The notes: generated by a model not told the origin, from the sequence alone. A DNA stretch of 64,000 bases from Chrysomallon squamiferum (GCA_012295275.1 CM022665.1:17670001-17734000), one strand, 5' to 3'. Shown: positions 39,808 through 54,530, counted from the first letter of the stretch. Program-made: numbers and translations.

Positions 39808-40193
39808 GTGAATATCAATTAATTAAACTGTAGGTAAAAAATGTATACCTTACAACAGAGGTAGATCAAAAGAAGGTGCCCTACTTGCAATAGTAAATAA
39901 ATATACTGTACTAATACGTTGGTAGTAGGGGTAATATGAATTTAGCACAGGGAAAATGCTTACATATATTAAATATGAAGGTAGCCACAGACAGTTGGAT
40001 TCAGAGTAAATCAGCCAAAGTTTCTAACAGAGATTTGAAACTAATTTTACACCTTTACATTGGATAATCAAAACTAATGTTTGATTTTTTTTAGCTAAGA
40101 CAAAATTCAAAGATTTTTATAGATTTAAATGAATATTTAAAAAAAACAAGTTAACTAATAAAATTAAGTTTAAAATGTGAGTTATTTCACTGA

Positions 40194-40235
<42 letters not shown>

Positions 40236-40541
40236 GGAAAACAAGAAATCTATATCTTGGACACACTTCTTTGCTGACACTAAACTGTCAGTGTGTCAAT
40301 ATGTCTCTGTTTCTGACTGTCATCATGGTAACTGAATTAAATATTTTTTAATGATATTTTGAATCAATACACATCTACAAAAAATAAAAATATAAACATT
40401 TGAAACAAACAACACAAACTTGCATTTCTTTCTTCTCAACCTTTGTCTCCGTCTTTCTCTGAAACTTCACCTATCAAACAAGATAATATTTTTTCCAATA
40501 TCCTGGATTTTACTAAGACAGCTAATTATTATTTTATTCAG

Positions 40542-40784
40542 TGCCTTATCGAGAGATTCCCAAATACAGTGACAGAAGAAAGATAAATGCTATGACCCCG
40601 AGTATCCGGGCATTGGTTCGTAGCCGTAGTGATCCAAGACTGAACATCAGTTCAATAGATGAGCAGTTCACACAGTCAAGCCAGAGTCACCATTCGCAGA
40701 TGTACAGGTCTTACTCACCTTGCCGTGAGTACAACTCAGACTCACCACGCTCACTGAGCATCTCCAGTTCAAGTTCTGGACCAG
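40542..40784 (+). CDS. SHANK: SHANK coding exon 10 (VPYREIPKYSDRRK...SLSISSSSSGP), Ser-rich ANK-SH3 linker
   Basis: ttattcag| acceptor, CAG|GTGAGA donor, phase 1-1. VPYRE.P.Y..RR resembles SHANK VPFRETPSYAKRRR. Confidence 0.92.
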
Positions 40785-41409
40785 GTGAGAATATATTTCT
40801 AGAAAAGTCTAGTTGTTAGCATTGTCTAGGAGAAAAATATTGTCTGGATATTAGTATTTAGTGATGACAATTAGAATAGTAAGTGTTAGAAGTATCCTGT
40901 GAGTAGTTATTTGTGACTATTGGATAATCAAGTAACTGGTGATATCTAGTTACTAGTATCCAGACATAAAAAGTTTAAAATCTTGTGTATTTCTTGCTTG
41001 CTTCATTTCACAGAAGAAAACTGCTTAGCTGAAAAACTGTTTATTGAATAATGGTGCTTTTGTAGTTTCTGATAATGCTTTTTTCTTGTTTTTGTTTCTT
41101 GTTGTTCTTGCTTTTCTTGTGGTATTTGTTAAATTATTATTATTATTATTTTTACTTCTATCAATTTAAAAAAAAAAAAAAAAATTTTAATCATTTATTT
41201 GTTAATCCTATATCCAAGGTTTTGGTTCAGATAAATAAATAAAGAAAGATTAAATACTGTATAAATTAATTTTTAACTTATTTTTAAATTTTCGAAATAG
41301 ATAGCATTATCTTAAATGCACAAATAAGCATTTTCTGAATTCTTTTATTATTATTATTTTTATTATTATTATAATTATTATTATTATTATTTTAATGTAT
41401 GTTAGCTCT

Positions 41410-41620
41410 GAAATGCTGTATAAAGTAATTAAAATGTATTATTTTAGTTTGAAATAGAGTTATCTTCTCTTTGAACTAACAAAAGCTTTGTGCTTTTAAA
41501 ATTCTTTTTTATTAGTATTATTTTAGTATCTGTCTTTAAATGCTGTAATAAATTATTTAAAACTTGTTATTTTAATTTGAAATAGCGTTAACTTTTCTTT
41601 GAACTAATAAATGCTTTGTT
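41410..41620. repeat. ~127-bp tandem duplication just upstream of the exon-11 acceptor
   Basis: AAATGCTGTA...TTTGAAATAG.GTTA...TCTTTGAACTAA.AAA.GCTTTGT near 41411 and 41538. Confidence 0.85.
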
Positions 41621-41660
41621 GTGTTGTCTTTGGTTTCTTTGCTTAGCTTTTGCTTTACAG

Positions 41661-41807
41661 GAATAATCTATCAGGTACCGAGAATCTATGGTTACTCTCG
41701 GCAACAGCTGCATCCTGTATGGCCAGGGAATGTATTTGTGTGTGTGAGAAATTATGTTCCTCAACATATGACAGAGCTGGGCCTTAGAATGGGAGATGTA
41801 GTGAAAG
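41661..41807 (+). CDS. SHANK: SHANK coding exon 11 (GIIYQVPRIYGYSRQQLHPVWPGNVFVCVRNYVPQHMTELGLRMGDVVK), SH3 N-half
   Basis: ctttacag| acceptor, weak AAG|GTCCAG donor, phase 1-1. PG..FV.V..Y......EL.L..GD.VK SH3 pattern joins in frame to VLSVG in the next exon. Confidence 0.88.
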
Positions 41808-43546
41808 GTCCAGCGACAAATATTTAAATTTAAAACTCCTATAGCATGACTTTTATAACATATTGGCCTATTTAGATTATGGAAACTAATGAACCTGAAT
41901 TTATTTGTTTGTTTGTAATAATAATATTTATTTATTTATTCATCTGGATTTATTTGTTATTTTTGTTATTTTTTAATTACTGCATTTTAATATTTCTTAA
42001 TTTTGAAAAACATTTTTTATTAATTTCTTCATTAACTTGTTCTTCTAAAATTATTATTTATCTATTTATTTTAATTAATTTTATATTTTGTATTTGTTTA
42101 TTAATTTTTAGTTACAAATATTTTTATTTATTAAATTTAGGTTTTTTTTGTTTTTGTAACAATAATAATGTTATTATTTTATTAATCAGTTAATTTGTTA
42201 TTTTCAATTATTCACTTTTTTGTTTATTAATTAATATAAAATTAAGTAAAATAATATTAACAATAATTATTGTTTTTTTGTTTGTTTTGTTTATTTATTT
42301 ATTTAATTTTTGTTTGTTTTGTTTATTTATTTATTATTATTTAGTAATTAAAAGTTTATTTATTTATATATTTATTTATATTAATGAAAAAATTAACCAA
42401 TGACCATCAGTTTAAGTAATCACTGAAATATAAAAACATTTTAAAAAAATGCTACACTGGTACTTCAGCCTGGAAACTTAAACATTCAGCTTTATAATCA
42501 TGAAACAAAAAACAGTGTATTTTGAATTATGACACTGTATAATGATTGTCATTGTTTAACTTAATTTCTTCAACTAACAGATTAACCAGCACTGATTTTA
42601 CATTTCAGAATCTTTTATCCTATATTTAATCTCATGTTTATTTTCACTCTGTTGTTTAGAAATAAAAAAAATTCTGTTGTTCTTTTTGAATCTTAATCAA
42701 AATATTTTGCAATGTTGAAGGTAAAATTTGTAGATTTAATAAATTATCACTATTAATTTTATTTGTACATTTTATTATGATTATTATTATTATACTACAC
42801 TTATTATTATTTTATATTTTTTCTCTTTCTTTTTATTATTATTATTAAACTTTTGTTAAATATTTATTTATTAAAAATTTTTAAAATTACTATTTTTACT
42901 TTTTTGGGGGTTAATTAATACATGTTTATCTAATAATTTAAATTTAAAGATCTATTATTAATTATTAACAGCTTCCAGAATTTAAAAAATACAATTATAT
43001 ATTTTGCATGATCTGCATGAAAAATGTAAGCACTTTAAAAAATTAACATTTACTCTTAAATTAATGTAAAAAGTGTATTTTTCTACTTAAATATTTTATT
43101 TTTTTAAATTATTCAGTTAGTTTTCATGCTACAAAATAAATAAATAAAAATAAAATAAAATTAATAAATGAATGACCATTGAAAATTAAATACTGTTTTT
43201 CTAACTAAAATAAATTAAAATGAAATTTTCCATATATAAAAATAGTTAAAATGGTATTTTTGTAAGCAGAAACTAAAAAAAAAAAAAAAAAAAATATGTT
43301 TAAAAAAATAAAAATGCAGTGTAAAAAAATAATTTAATTACTTTTTATTATTAAAAATAATTAACATTTTTATTTTGATTAAAAAAGTATTTGTTATTGT
43401 AGTAGAAAATATTTTTGTAAAAATGAATTTAATAAGGTGAAAAAACACAAAATTTGTAGTTTAAAAATATCAAATATTTGTATTTAGCATTTACAGATTT
43501 TCTTTTAATGAATATTTTGTTAAATTATTTATTATTTATTTTTCAG

Positions 43547-43645
43547 TTTTGAGTGTTGGTGATCATGGGTATTATGAGGGTCGTGTTGACAACAGGGAGG
43601 GTTGGTTTCCTAGCAACAGTGTACAGGAAGTGAGAATGCGTAGAG
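43547..43645 (+). CDS. SHANK: SHANK coding exon 12 (VLSVGDHGYYEGRVDNREGWFPSNSVQEVRMRR), SH3 C-half
   Basis: tttcag| acceptor, GAG|GTAAGA donor, phase 1-1. GWFP SH3 motif. Confidence 0.93.
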
Positions 43646-44064
43646 GTAAGATATTCATTTTATTAAATCTCAGAAAAATTGTAATTATTAAAACTGTAGT
43701 TAATTATTATTATTGTTTTTGTAAATATATTTTAAATTATTTTATTTTAATAATTAAATATATAGAAGTATTAATTTTGAAAAAAGTATAATAATAATAA
43801 AAAATAATATCTTAAAGAAATAAAGAAGAAACAAACCAGAAGAGCATGTTTTTTCATTTCATTTATGCATATTTTGTAGGTTTTATAATTTAAAAACTTC
43901 TTTTCTTCTGCCTTTATTATTATTATCTTTTTTTTCTTTCTTTTTTTGTTGTTGCTGCCCATCTTGTTCTTATTCTTCTTGTTATTATTAATTCTTTATC
44001 TTTTGTTTTCATATTTATCTAGTTTTTGTTAAACTATTATTTTTATAAAAAATATATATTTCAG

Positions 44065-44143
44065 CTGGTTCCTATGGTGATATAACAGGAAGTAACCCTT
44101 ACAGTGACCGCAATACTCTGTTTGCTCTTGTACAAGCTGACCG
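44065..44143 (+). CDS. SHANK: SHANK coding exon 13 (AGSYGDITGSNPYSDRNTLFALVQAD-R), SH3-PDZ linker
   Basis: tttcag| acceptor, CCG|GTAAGT donor. Open in the frame inherited from exon 12, phase 1-2; a GC-richer island in AT-rich intron. Confidence 0.8.
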
Positions 44144-44239
44144 GTAAGTTTTCTTTTTTTCTCCCCCTCCCTCTTCACACACACACACACACACACACAC
44201 ACATGCATACATACATATATATAATACATTTTTGTAATT

Positions 44240-44285
<46 letters not shown>

Positions 44286-46543
44286 AACACTAACACACAG
44301 TTAATGAACTACAGTTACCAACTTTTTTAATTTTAATAACTCACAGAGTGGCATCATGGGACTGATAAAGTATTATTTTAGTGCATTCAACATTTCACTT
44401 TTTGTTTTGTTGTTATTTTGAACACTAAGAGATCCAGTTAGTAGTAAGATTACTACATAATTCAAAACAGACTTGAAGATTTCTAATAACAGACATTTTA
44501 CAGATTTATATTTTACCTGTGGAATCAATGACTGTTTAGCAATAAGAAAGTAGAGAAATATTTTAAAATATCAGTGGCAATATTTTCAGTATAATGAAAT
44601 TGCATCACATATTTCATTATGTGATAAAGACAGCAGAAACATATTCAGCTATTCATTACAGTTTTATTATTTATTTTTTTTATATTCAGTATTGGAGGTA
44701 TGTTAGGAGTAAAATTATGGGTATATATAAATATATAAATTTCTTTCTTCTTCTTCTTTTTTACCAAAGGCATTTTGCGTTCCTTGGTATTGGTCATTTT
44801 CTTTATTTGCAGTGGTTGTTTTTTTGTAAAATTAATGATATAAAATCATTTGTATAAGTTATAAAAAGCCAGCGAATTACAAAAACATACTAAATCAATC
44901 AAATATCTCATATATATATATATATATATATATTGACATTAATTTCTTTCTTTCTTTCTTTTTTTTCTGAACTGAACTTTAATTTATGAAACCTTACCTA
45001 ATCTAGTTATTTATTTAATGTCTCCAAAACTATTTTACTATTTTATATTATATTTTGCTTTATGAAAAAAGTATTTAAAAGTTGTATGTTTTGTAATGAA
45101 TTGATAAGACTTTAAAATAAGAGACAAATTGATAAATCATATATTGACTAATCAGTACTGTTTGAATCTGATAGATATTTTTTTCACCATCTCGTAAATA
45201 ACCAGGAAAGCTTTTACAGATCTGACTACTGATGTTTATTCATCTGGTTTATTTAAGAAATGATTCAGTCCAAACTGTGTTTATAACTGCTGTACACTTT
45301 AAGAATCATTCTTAGTTTGAAACACACAATATTTATTCAGGTGAAGAGAAATGTGGTTGTGTTGCAGGTGATAAAAAAAAAACATTAATACAACATCAAT
45401 GCATACACAATGGATTATTTTGGAGGGTACAAGATGGTAATAAAATAATTCAATAACTATTCAAATCAAACTCGTAAAGCTTTGGAATGCTGCCTAATGG
45501 AAATGTAACTTTGGTTTACTGCATGTGAGAGTTATTTCTCTTTGATGTTTTTGCTTTATGCAGAAAAAAGTTTATTCACAGTTTGATAAGTAAAAAATAT
45601 ATGTTAATAATTTTATAAATAGCCATATTTTTGGAAAGTGAAAAGAAATACTGATATGGAAGATTAATTTTATTATGTTTATACTCATCATGACTTTACT
45701 GCTTTTGCTATTTATGAATACAATAGAATATAAATAAAGTTAAATGAAGTGACTAAGACAGAACAGGTATTAGTGGGAGGTAACTCTTTTATAACTGTTT
45801 TATGAGCTTATTGTTCTGCATTTTACTATGTGTTATTTTTGTTTATTATGTTGATGTAGCTGAGGTCAACAATGTTGTTTCTGTGTAGACACAAATCAAA
45901 CTAAAATTCACCTTGTAAAGTTAAAACTATGGCTGTGTGCAAAATTGTTTGTTTGGGTTTTATTATTTTTGTTGTTGTTGTCGTTGTAGTTGTTTTTATT
46001 ATTATTATTATTAGCCAAATTTTTGAATCATGACACAGGTAACCACTATAATTTTTTTACAAATTATTAAAATTTTTATTTATTTATTTATTTATTTATT
46101 TATTATTATTATTTTTTTTTTTTATAAATGTCTAATTCTTTTTAATTTCATTATTATCATATAATTTTTTTATATACCACATTATTAATTTAAAGTTCCT
46201 GTTTTATTTTATTTCATTTAAATAATTGGTTTTTATATATATTTTTTTGTTTAATGCCTTAAAAAATTTCAAAGAGTGTTTAGTGTAGACATGCACCTTA
46301 CTGCAGACTTGAAAAGCTATTAACATTTTTGTCATCTGCTGTGAAACTGTGATTTTTATAACCTGGGGGTTTTGGTGGAATTTTTTTTTTTTTTTTTTTT
46401 TTTTTTTATCTCTCTGAGCTGAAAAGAGTAACTGAAAATATTTAAAATATTTACCTAGTCTAAAATAAAAATCTTAAAAAGGAAGACAGACCATCTGATG
46501 TTAAGACAACGACAACCAAATAAATAAATAAATAAACAAATAA

Positions 46544-46589
<46 letters not shown>

Positions 46590-46949
46590 TTAATATTAAT
46601 AATAAATTGAAAGAAAAAGAAAACTGAAACCAAAATGAGGAAACTATAATGTTTACTCTTTTCCTTTTTTCTTCCTCTATTTCTCTCTTTTATTATTTCT
46701 CTGTTTTCTTTATTTTTAGTTTACTGAAAATTCTATCTTTCATCTGCAAAATGCTAAACATTTTTTCAACAATGACATTTTTTATTTTATAACCTTTTGT
46801 ACACAAAATATCATTTTACCTAAACAATTTGTCTGTATTAACTTTATCTGTCTCAATTTCTGTCTTCTTAAATGCATTACTATAATGATGTAAGTAATTA
46901 TGAAATGTTGTTTTACATATATTTATATATACATTTTTTCCTTAATGTA

Positions 46950-47650
46950 TTTTACATGGTTTCCATTTGATTAAATGCATTATGTATGTAAGTGAAATGG
47001 ACAGTGAAGCCATTTTTATATATACATTTTATTATTCATTTTTCATGGCTTCCTCTTTAATAAAATCAAAAATTTAAGACTGAAAATTTGTTTATCTCTG
47101 GGATAATAAACTAATTTTCATCCAGTTTTTGGTGTGTTTTTTTACACATAAACAATATTTTTAAGCTTGGATTTGATCCTTACTTAATTTTACATGGTTC
47201 CGTCTTTTATAACTGCTAATAATGAATTACTTTTCAGCCTTTTTTTTTTGTTTTTTTAACACATACAAACTTTCTGAACATTTTTATACATAGATTTTAT
47301 TCTTTCTTTATTTTAAATGACTGGGGATAATAAACTGACTTTTCAGCTGTATTTAATTTTTAACAGAGGCAAACATTCTGAATATTGCTGTACATGAATT
47401 TTATCCTTATTTTATCTTTAAATGGCTTCCATCTTTTAAATCTCTTGTGTCTGGGGATAATGAATTGCTTTTCAGCCATTTTTTTTTTTAACACATTCAA
47501 CCTTCTGGAACAATTTTATACATGGCTTTTTATCCTTCAATTTACATGGATTCCATCTTTAAACTCTTGTTTATGACTGGGGATAATGAACTAGTTTTAA
47601 TCTTTTTTTTTTTTTTTTTTTTTAACACATGCAAACTTTTGGAACACAGG
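46950..47650. repeat. Degenerate ~120-bp tandem repeat, about 5 copies
   Basis: CTGGGGATAATRAACT..TTTTCAGC...AACACAT.CAAAC recurs near 47097, 47321, 47451 and 47577. Confidence 0.8.
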
Positions 47651-47937
47651 AATTCATTTTCACTAACATGACTGCTGTCTTTGTGAAGCAGATGTTAGTA
47701 TTGTGGCTGTGGTGGGTTTTCAGACACTGACAAAGACAACTGTCGTAACATCGTGGGTGACATGATTGAAACCGTATTGTGTTTAATGTTACTGTCATCT
47801 TTCAGTTGAATGAAACCATTGTATGGATGGAATTTGTTTTACAATACACAGCTTGTTATTATTGTTGAGTTTATTGTTATTCTTCTTATTTTTATTTTTT
47901 ATTATTGTTGTTGTTAGATTTATTGCTATTCCTTTTA

Positions 47938-47970
<33 letters not shown>

Positions 47971-48028
47971 GTTTTGTAAATTAAATATGATTATTACTGT
48001 TCTTGTTAATTTATATATATGAGTATTA

Positions 48029-48074
<46 letters not shown>

Positions 48075-49869
48075 CATCATCATTATTATTGCTGTTATGG
48101 TTGTTGTTGTTGTTATTATTACTACTACTGATATTATCATTATTCATTTAGTATAATAATAACTTGTATATATCCCACATATATTGGTTTGAAAAAAAAA
48201 AATGTGTGTGTGTGTGTGATTTTCTTATATATATATATATATAAGTAAACATTTTTTTTTTAAATTATTATTCATACAGTTATTTGGTTAGATTTAAAAT
48301 AATGTTTTAATAATAACAATAACAATAACAATAATAATAATGATGATGATGATGATGATAAAACAACAATAATAATAATAACACCAACAACAACATCAAC
48401 AACAACAACCACCACAACAATAGTAAATAACAATAACAAAGACACAATGAGAGGTTAAAATTGTAACCAGGCACACAATGTTATTTTTAATGGCCGACAG
48501 TTGACTGGTTTTCTTTTTGTTTGTTTGAAATGTGAGAAACAGTCAACTGTTACTGATTGTTTTCCTGTTTTCTCTATTGTTCAGAAATTTGTCACTTTGT
48601 TAGGTGCTTGCTTGTTTTTATAGAAATGATTTTTCTCTTTGACATGCTGAGAAATACACTGTGTGTGACTTAATGAAGGAAGCTGGGTCAGTTTTTGTAC
48701 AGCTATAAAAGAATTTAGTTTTGTTTGTCAGACAAACTGAACATAAAACTGAAATTAAACTAAAATAAATTGAAAATAATAATAATAATAATAATAACAA
48801 CAAAAACCACAGCAACAGCAACAACAACAGTAGCAGCAACAGCAGCAGGAATAATAATTATAATGTTACCCAAGACAATAACAACAACAACAATAATACT
48901 AACAGTTTCTCTGTGGTTAAGTAACGTGTTTAAGCATGACTTGTTAAAGCCAAGACCAGTAAATAAAAATGATTTGAAAGTAAGGGTAATATTATGTAAC
49001 TGTATTAATGTCCATTACTACATTTCCTGTACTAATTAGCTGAGCTATAATTAGGTGTGGTCCACACTGACCTCATTTTTAGTTTCCTGGTGACAGGTAA
49101 AAACGAGTGGCAGGTATTAACTTTGACTATAAAAACGTGGCATGCCCCTAGGACAGCCACTCCTGTCAAATTGTCAATAATAGTGATGATCTATGTATTA
49201 TGTTGTAAGAGATAATGATGTTAAAATGTTTAATTCTCTCTATGAGGTAATTGTAGATCATTTTGTACAGTACTCAAAACAGATTATATTCCACATTACT
49301 CAAAGTAGATTATATTCACACTGCTCAAAGTCTGTTATGACTAGGGTGCTCAAAGTTAATTATATGCTCCACAGTGCTCAGGTTCAGTGACTGGTTTTAC
49401 CAAGGGTTGTTGGATATACTGTGCTGTTTGTGGGAAGGTATACAAACATGATCCTTATTGCATATAAAAATTAGGAATGGTTTATCTGAAGATATGTGTT
49501 AAAAATGTAAAATGTTTGATCCCAGAAACTGAGGATACTGAATTTATGCATTATGATCTAGTAGTGATGTAAAATAAAAATTTAAAAAAAACCATTTTAT
49601 TTATTCATAATGTCAGAACTAATGAAAAAAATTATTTTAATTTAATAATTGCATCATATAGTACATCTCATGATTTTAAATATTTTATTTATTTATTTGA
49701 TGGTTTGTTCACACAAATATTTATTTATTTGGGAATTCCACTTGTCATATACTCCACTTGTTTTTTCTAGATTAGAGAAACAAAAGTCAGATGTCTCATA
49801 TAACCAAGAAAAAAATTGGAGTTCTTATATGATAGGTTAAGTTAAGAAAAAAGGTAAAAAAAATGACTA

Positions 49870-50310
49870 CACCTGTTAGACTGGATATCAATCACACCTG
49901 TCTTTTTACCTGACTTTACCTGATCATTTATGTTCAAGTTAAACACTACTTGTTTATACTGGATATCATTTATACCTTCAATTTTACCTGGCATTAACTT
50001 CTCATATCAAAGTATAAAAGTATCTAGATTGTTTACCTTTCATGTCAAAGTAAACCTTTATTCCTGTTAATCTGGATATCATTTATATCTATATTTTTAC
50101 CTTTTCATATCAAAATACATCTTTATACCTGCTAATTTGGATATCATTTATATCTATATTTTTACCTTCTCATATCAAAATACATTTTCATATATTGTAT
50201 TTTGGATATTATTCATATCTAACTTTTTACTCATGTTAACTTCTCAGATCAAGGTACATTTTTGTACCTGTTATTTGGATATCACTTATATAGATCTATA
50301 TTTTTACTTA
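49870..50310. repeat. Degenerate ~65-80-bp tandem repeat
   Basis: TGGATATCATTTATATCTATATTTTTACCTT.TCATATCAAA recurs about 6 times. Confidence 0.8.
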
Positions 50311-51041
50311 TTAATATAATATAACGTAGTATACTATAGCACAGAACAACATTACACAACATAATGTAATAAATAAATAAATAAATTATTATGAAATCTT
50401 ATATCTAATTTATATATTAATTTTTTATTATTATGTTTTTTTAGTTTATTATTATTATTATTTTATTGGAAAAGGTTAATAATGATAATAATAAAATTCA
50501 CTGACAGGAACAAACTCAAGATATTCAACTTCAGGTGTGAACTGGCAATAGGTGTAATGTCTGACACTTGTTCCTGTAATCAAGCAGTCTTTGAAGTCAT
50601 ACCTGCAAATATTGACAAGACAGATTTCTCTAGTATTTAGACAGCCCACTCTCTTGCTGCCTGCCTGGGTGGGTGTGGGCTTGTGTTAGTGAAATTCTTT
50701 CTAATTACAGAGGCTGTTAATTGTTTGGTTTATTTGTCATGCTGGGTAGGTAGGGAATGTGTCGTATTTGTAGAAAGGTTGGTTCTCACCATTGGAGTTA
50801 TTTCAGGGTGTGTTTATCTTTATTATTATCATTGTATGTGTGTTTGTGTGTCTGTATGTCACTATGTCTGTCATATATATATATATATTACAGTTATTGT
50901 AGTTTGCAAAATGCATACATAAATGTGTATACACAAACATACACATTACCTACACACACAAATGTAAACACATACATAAATACATATATACACACACACA
51001 CAGACATATACACATATATACATACATACATACATATATAT

Positions 51042-51117
<76 letters not shown>

Positions 51118-53819
51118 TTACAAATACATATACATATGCTTTCATACATATATACATATTATATAGAGGCAATTATTCACAGAAATATATAAAAAAGGAC
51201 AGATATTTGCATAGAAGAATGGATAGCAAAATTTTATTTTGCAAATTTCATTTTAAACAATCTCTGTAAAATAATCATTTAAAAAAAACCTAAAGAAGAT
51301 TTTTTTCTAAAGTTAAAACTTTACTCAGTGGATGTCCTTCCTTGAACTCTGATCTTTATATTTGGGTAGTTTCTGAAATGTCTCCCAATTACACACTATG
51401 GAGACAGTTCAGTCTAAAGTCTTACAACTTCCACATTAGAAAAGGAAAAGCAGTATAAGAGTGGTGACTGAGTTGTGGTGGTGGTTTTGATGGTTGTCTT
51501 CCAATTTTGGTCATTGTTAATATCATTTTGTGGTTGTTATGGCCATTTTCACATTATATTCATGGTTAGTATAAATTTGTGGTTGTTGTGGTGGTTGTTG
51601 TTTTGTGATTGTGATGGTTGTGTTCAGAACATGGTCATTTTGCAGTTGTGGTGATGATATTGTATATCTTAACATCATGGCATTTATCTATATCTCAGGT
51701 GTATATTTGACTTCCAGTGTTTTGTGGTTGCCTTATAAAGAGACAATCATCCACATTAACTAATGACATCATATCAGGAACTACTAAATTATGCAGATCA
51801 TATAATTCAAATATCATCACTAATACTGTTATGATGATGAAGATGATGTTGTTGATGATAATAATAATAATGAAATATGTAATAATAATAAAATTCAAAT
51901 AGTAACTATTTATAATATATAATAATAAATAAAAACATAACTTTAATACTACAGCAATAATAATAAATATATAAACATAACTTTCATAGTACAGAAACAA
52001 TAATAAAATAAAACCCCCAAAACATCATTTTAAATGTATAGTAATATCAACAAAATTAAAAGCATCACTTTTCCTATCAGTAAGAAATGAATGAACTATA
52101 TTTGTAATGCATTCGTGGATTTACACAGTGATCTGTATTGATTTTTACCTGGCTGAATACCTGTAAAGCGTGTCTATAAATAGCTTGAATGAGTCAGAAG
52201 ACTGGGTAATACCTCTGATAGTACACAGTGAAATATTTGTCATGCCAGAGGCAGTACATTTGTAAAGTTTACAGTGTTATATGATAGTGTGTTAATGTTA
52301 TGTGGATGAGGCCTGGTACCATGAATATATGATGTGAAATTAATTACATACATACATACATACAAACATGTACACATACAGGCATACATATAGAGACAGA
52401 CACACACATACAGATGTACAGACATGCATACATGCATACATTCATATATACAGATTTATAATATATATGTATACATATATATACACACACATACTTAATA
52501 CATACATAACTAAATACATATATATATACATACAAACATATTTGCAGAATAACACACACATACAAACACGCACACCCATACAAACACGCACACACACAGC
52601 AAACAAACAAATGTATGCACAAACACACATACATATATACATACATACATACATACATACATACACATACACAGTAATAAATACATATGCACATACATAC
52701 ATAGCCATACATACAGACCAACAGATTTAAGTAATATATGTTTTGTAATTTATTTTATACACTGCATTGTAATGCATTTAACACAGAGAGTCATACATAA
52801 ATGCTTATAGTTACCAATAATAATATGTGTATGAATAAATAATTCTATTATTTAACATACATACTATATTTCTGTTATCTTTGTATACATGGTGTTTAAT
52901 TATTAACTGAAGACTATAAAACAACATACATACAGAGAAGTCACTGAATAGCATGACATAATTATTAATCATATCCAGATATGTTTGTGTGTAAGTTTCT
53001 TTAATAACAGATCATATATATATAACATATGTGTCACTGTCACATACAGATGTCATTAACATATTGATTATCACTGTCATGATGATGTCATTGTCATGTT
53101 TATTTAACTGACACAACTAATTGGTAACACCCATTATGTGTGTGTGGTATTGTCAGACTGTAATTTATTTCAGATTGTCTGTCTGACTTTATGTCTGTTT
53201 CTTTTATAATCTACTTAACTTTTTGTACACTTATAATCTGTTCAAACATATGTAAAACACAAACACCAACCCAGTTACACATGTATACACATATCTCATA
53301 TTATTAAAGTTATATATACATATGCACACATATGTATACTTATTTATACACACATATATACATGTTTAAACACATATAAACATATACTTATATGCATGCA
53401 TATCTACACATACACACATATACATATATATATATATACACCTAACACACACACACACACACACACACATGTATATATATACACGTACATATGTGCCACA
53501 TATATGTATATATTTACACACATAAATACATATACATAAACACATATATACATATCTACACAAATTTTCATATAATTAGCTCACAAATCACTCACACTCA
53601 CCAGACCAGAATGACAACTAGTGACATGACAATGATGTAATGATGTATTTGAAATCGATAATCAATAGAAACCAGTTTCCTTGGATGTCTTTTGTCATCA
53701 CAAATAGTTTTAACCTTATCTCACCACATAATCCTCGACAGTAAAGCCTTGTTGTGGATTCTTCATTTCTTAACCATGATGGTTAAATGACAGCTCTGCA
53801 TTTTAAGTCATTTATATGG

Positions 53820-54530
53820 CAGTATAATTCTGTACAAGAATAACTTACAGTCCAATATTTTGTATGAGATATTTCAACATCTTGCAATATAATTCTCTAC
53901 AGGAATGACTAAATTCATATTGTCTATTCTATTTAAGCTATTAAATGTGGATTCTAATTTTCTATGAGTTATAGCAACATCTAACTACAATAATTCTAAA
54001 CAGGAATCACTTAACTCATATTGTCTATTGTATATCAGTTATTATATGAATTGTGTCAACATCTTGCTGTGTAATTCTCTTCAAGGAATACTTGAACTCA
54101 TACTGTCTGTTCTATATGAGTTATATCAACATCATGCTGTGTAATTCTCTATAGGAATAACTAAACTCATATTGTTTATTTTATATGAGTTATTAAATGC
54201 GGATCCTATATTTTGTATGAGTTATATCAAAATTGTGCTGTGTAATTCTCTACAGGAATAACTGAACTCGTGTTGTCAAATTTTTATGAATTATTAAACG
54301 TGGATCCTATATGTTCTATGATCTATATCAGTTTCTTAAATCATAAATCTCTACAGGAATACCTAAACTCATATTGCCCATTTCATATGAGTTATATTAA
54401 CATATTGCTGTATAATACCTACATTCATATGAGTTTTATATGAGTTATATTAACATCTTGCTGTCTAATTCTCTATAGGAATAACTAAACTGAAATTCTA
54501 TGAGTCATTTCAACATTTTGCAGTATAATT
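53820..54530. repeat. Degenerate ~70-100-bp tandem repeat, about 8 copies
   Basis: TAATTCTCTACAGGAATAACTAAACTCATATTGTCTATT.TATATGAGTTAT recurs. Confidence 0.88.

Noticed and set aside
53088-53635. 12-bp inverted pair TCATTGTCATGT / ACATGACAATGA about 530 bp apart (possible TIRs)
   Set aside because: Too short, no evident target-site duplication, and TGACA/TGTCA words are frequent here.
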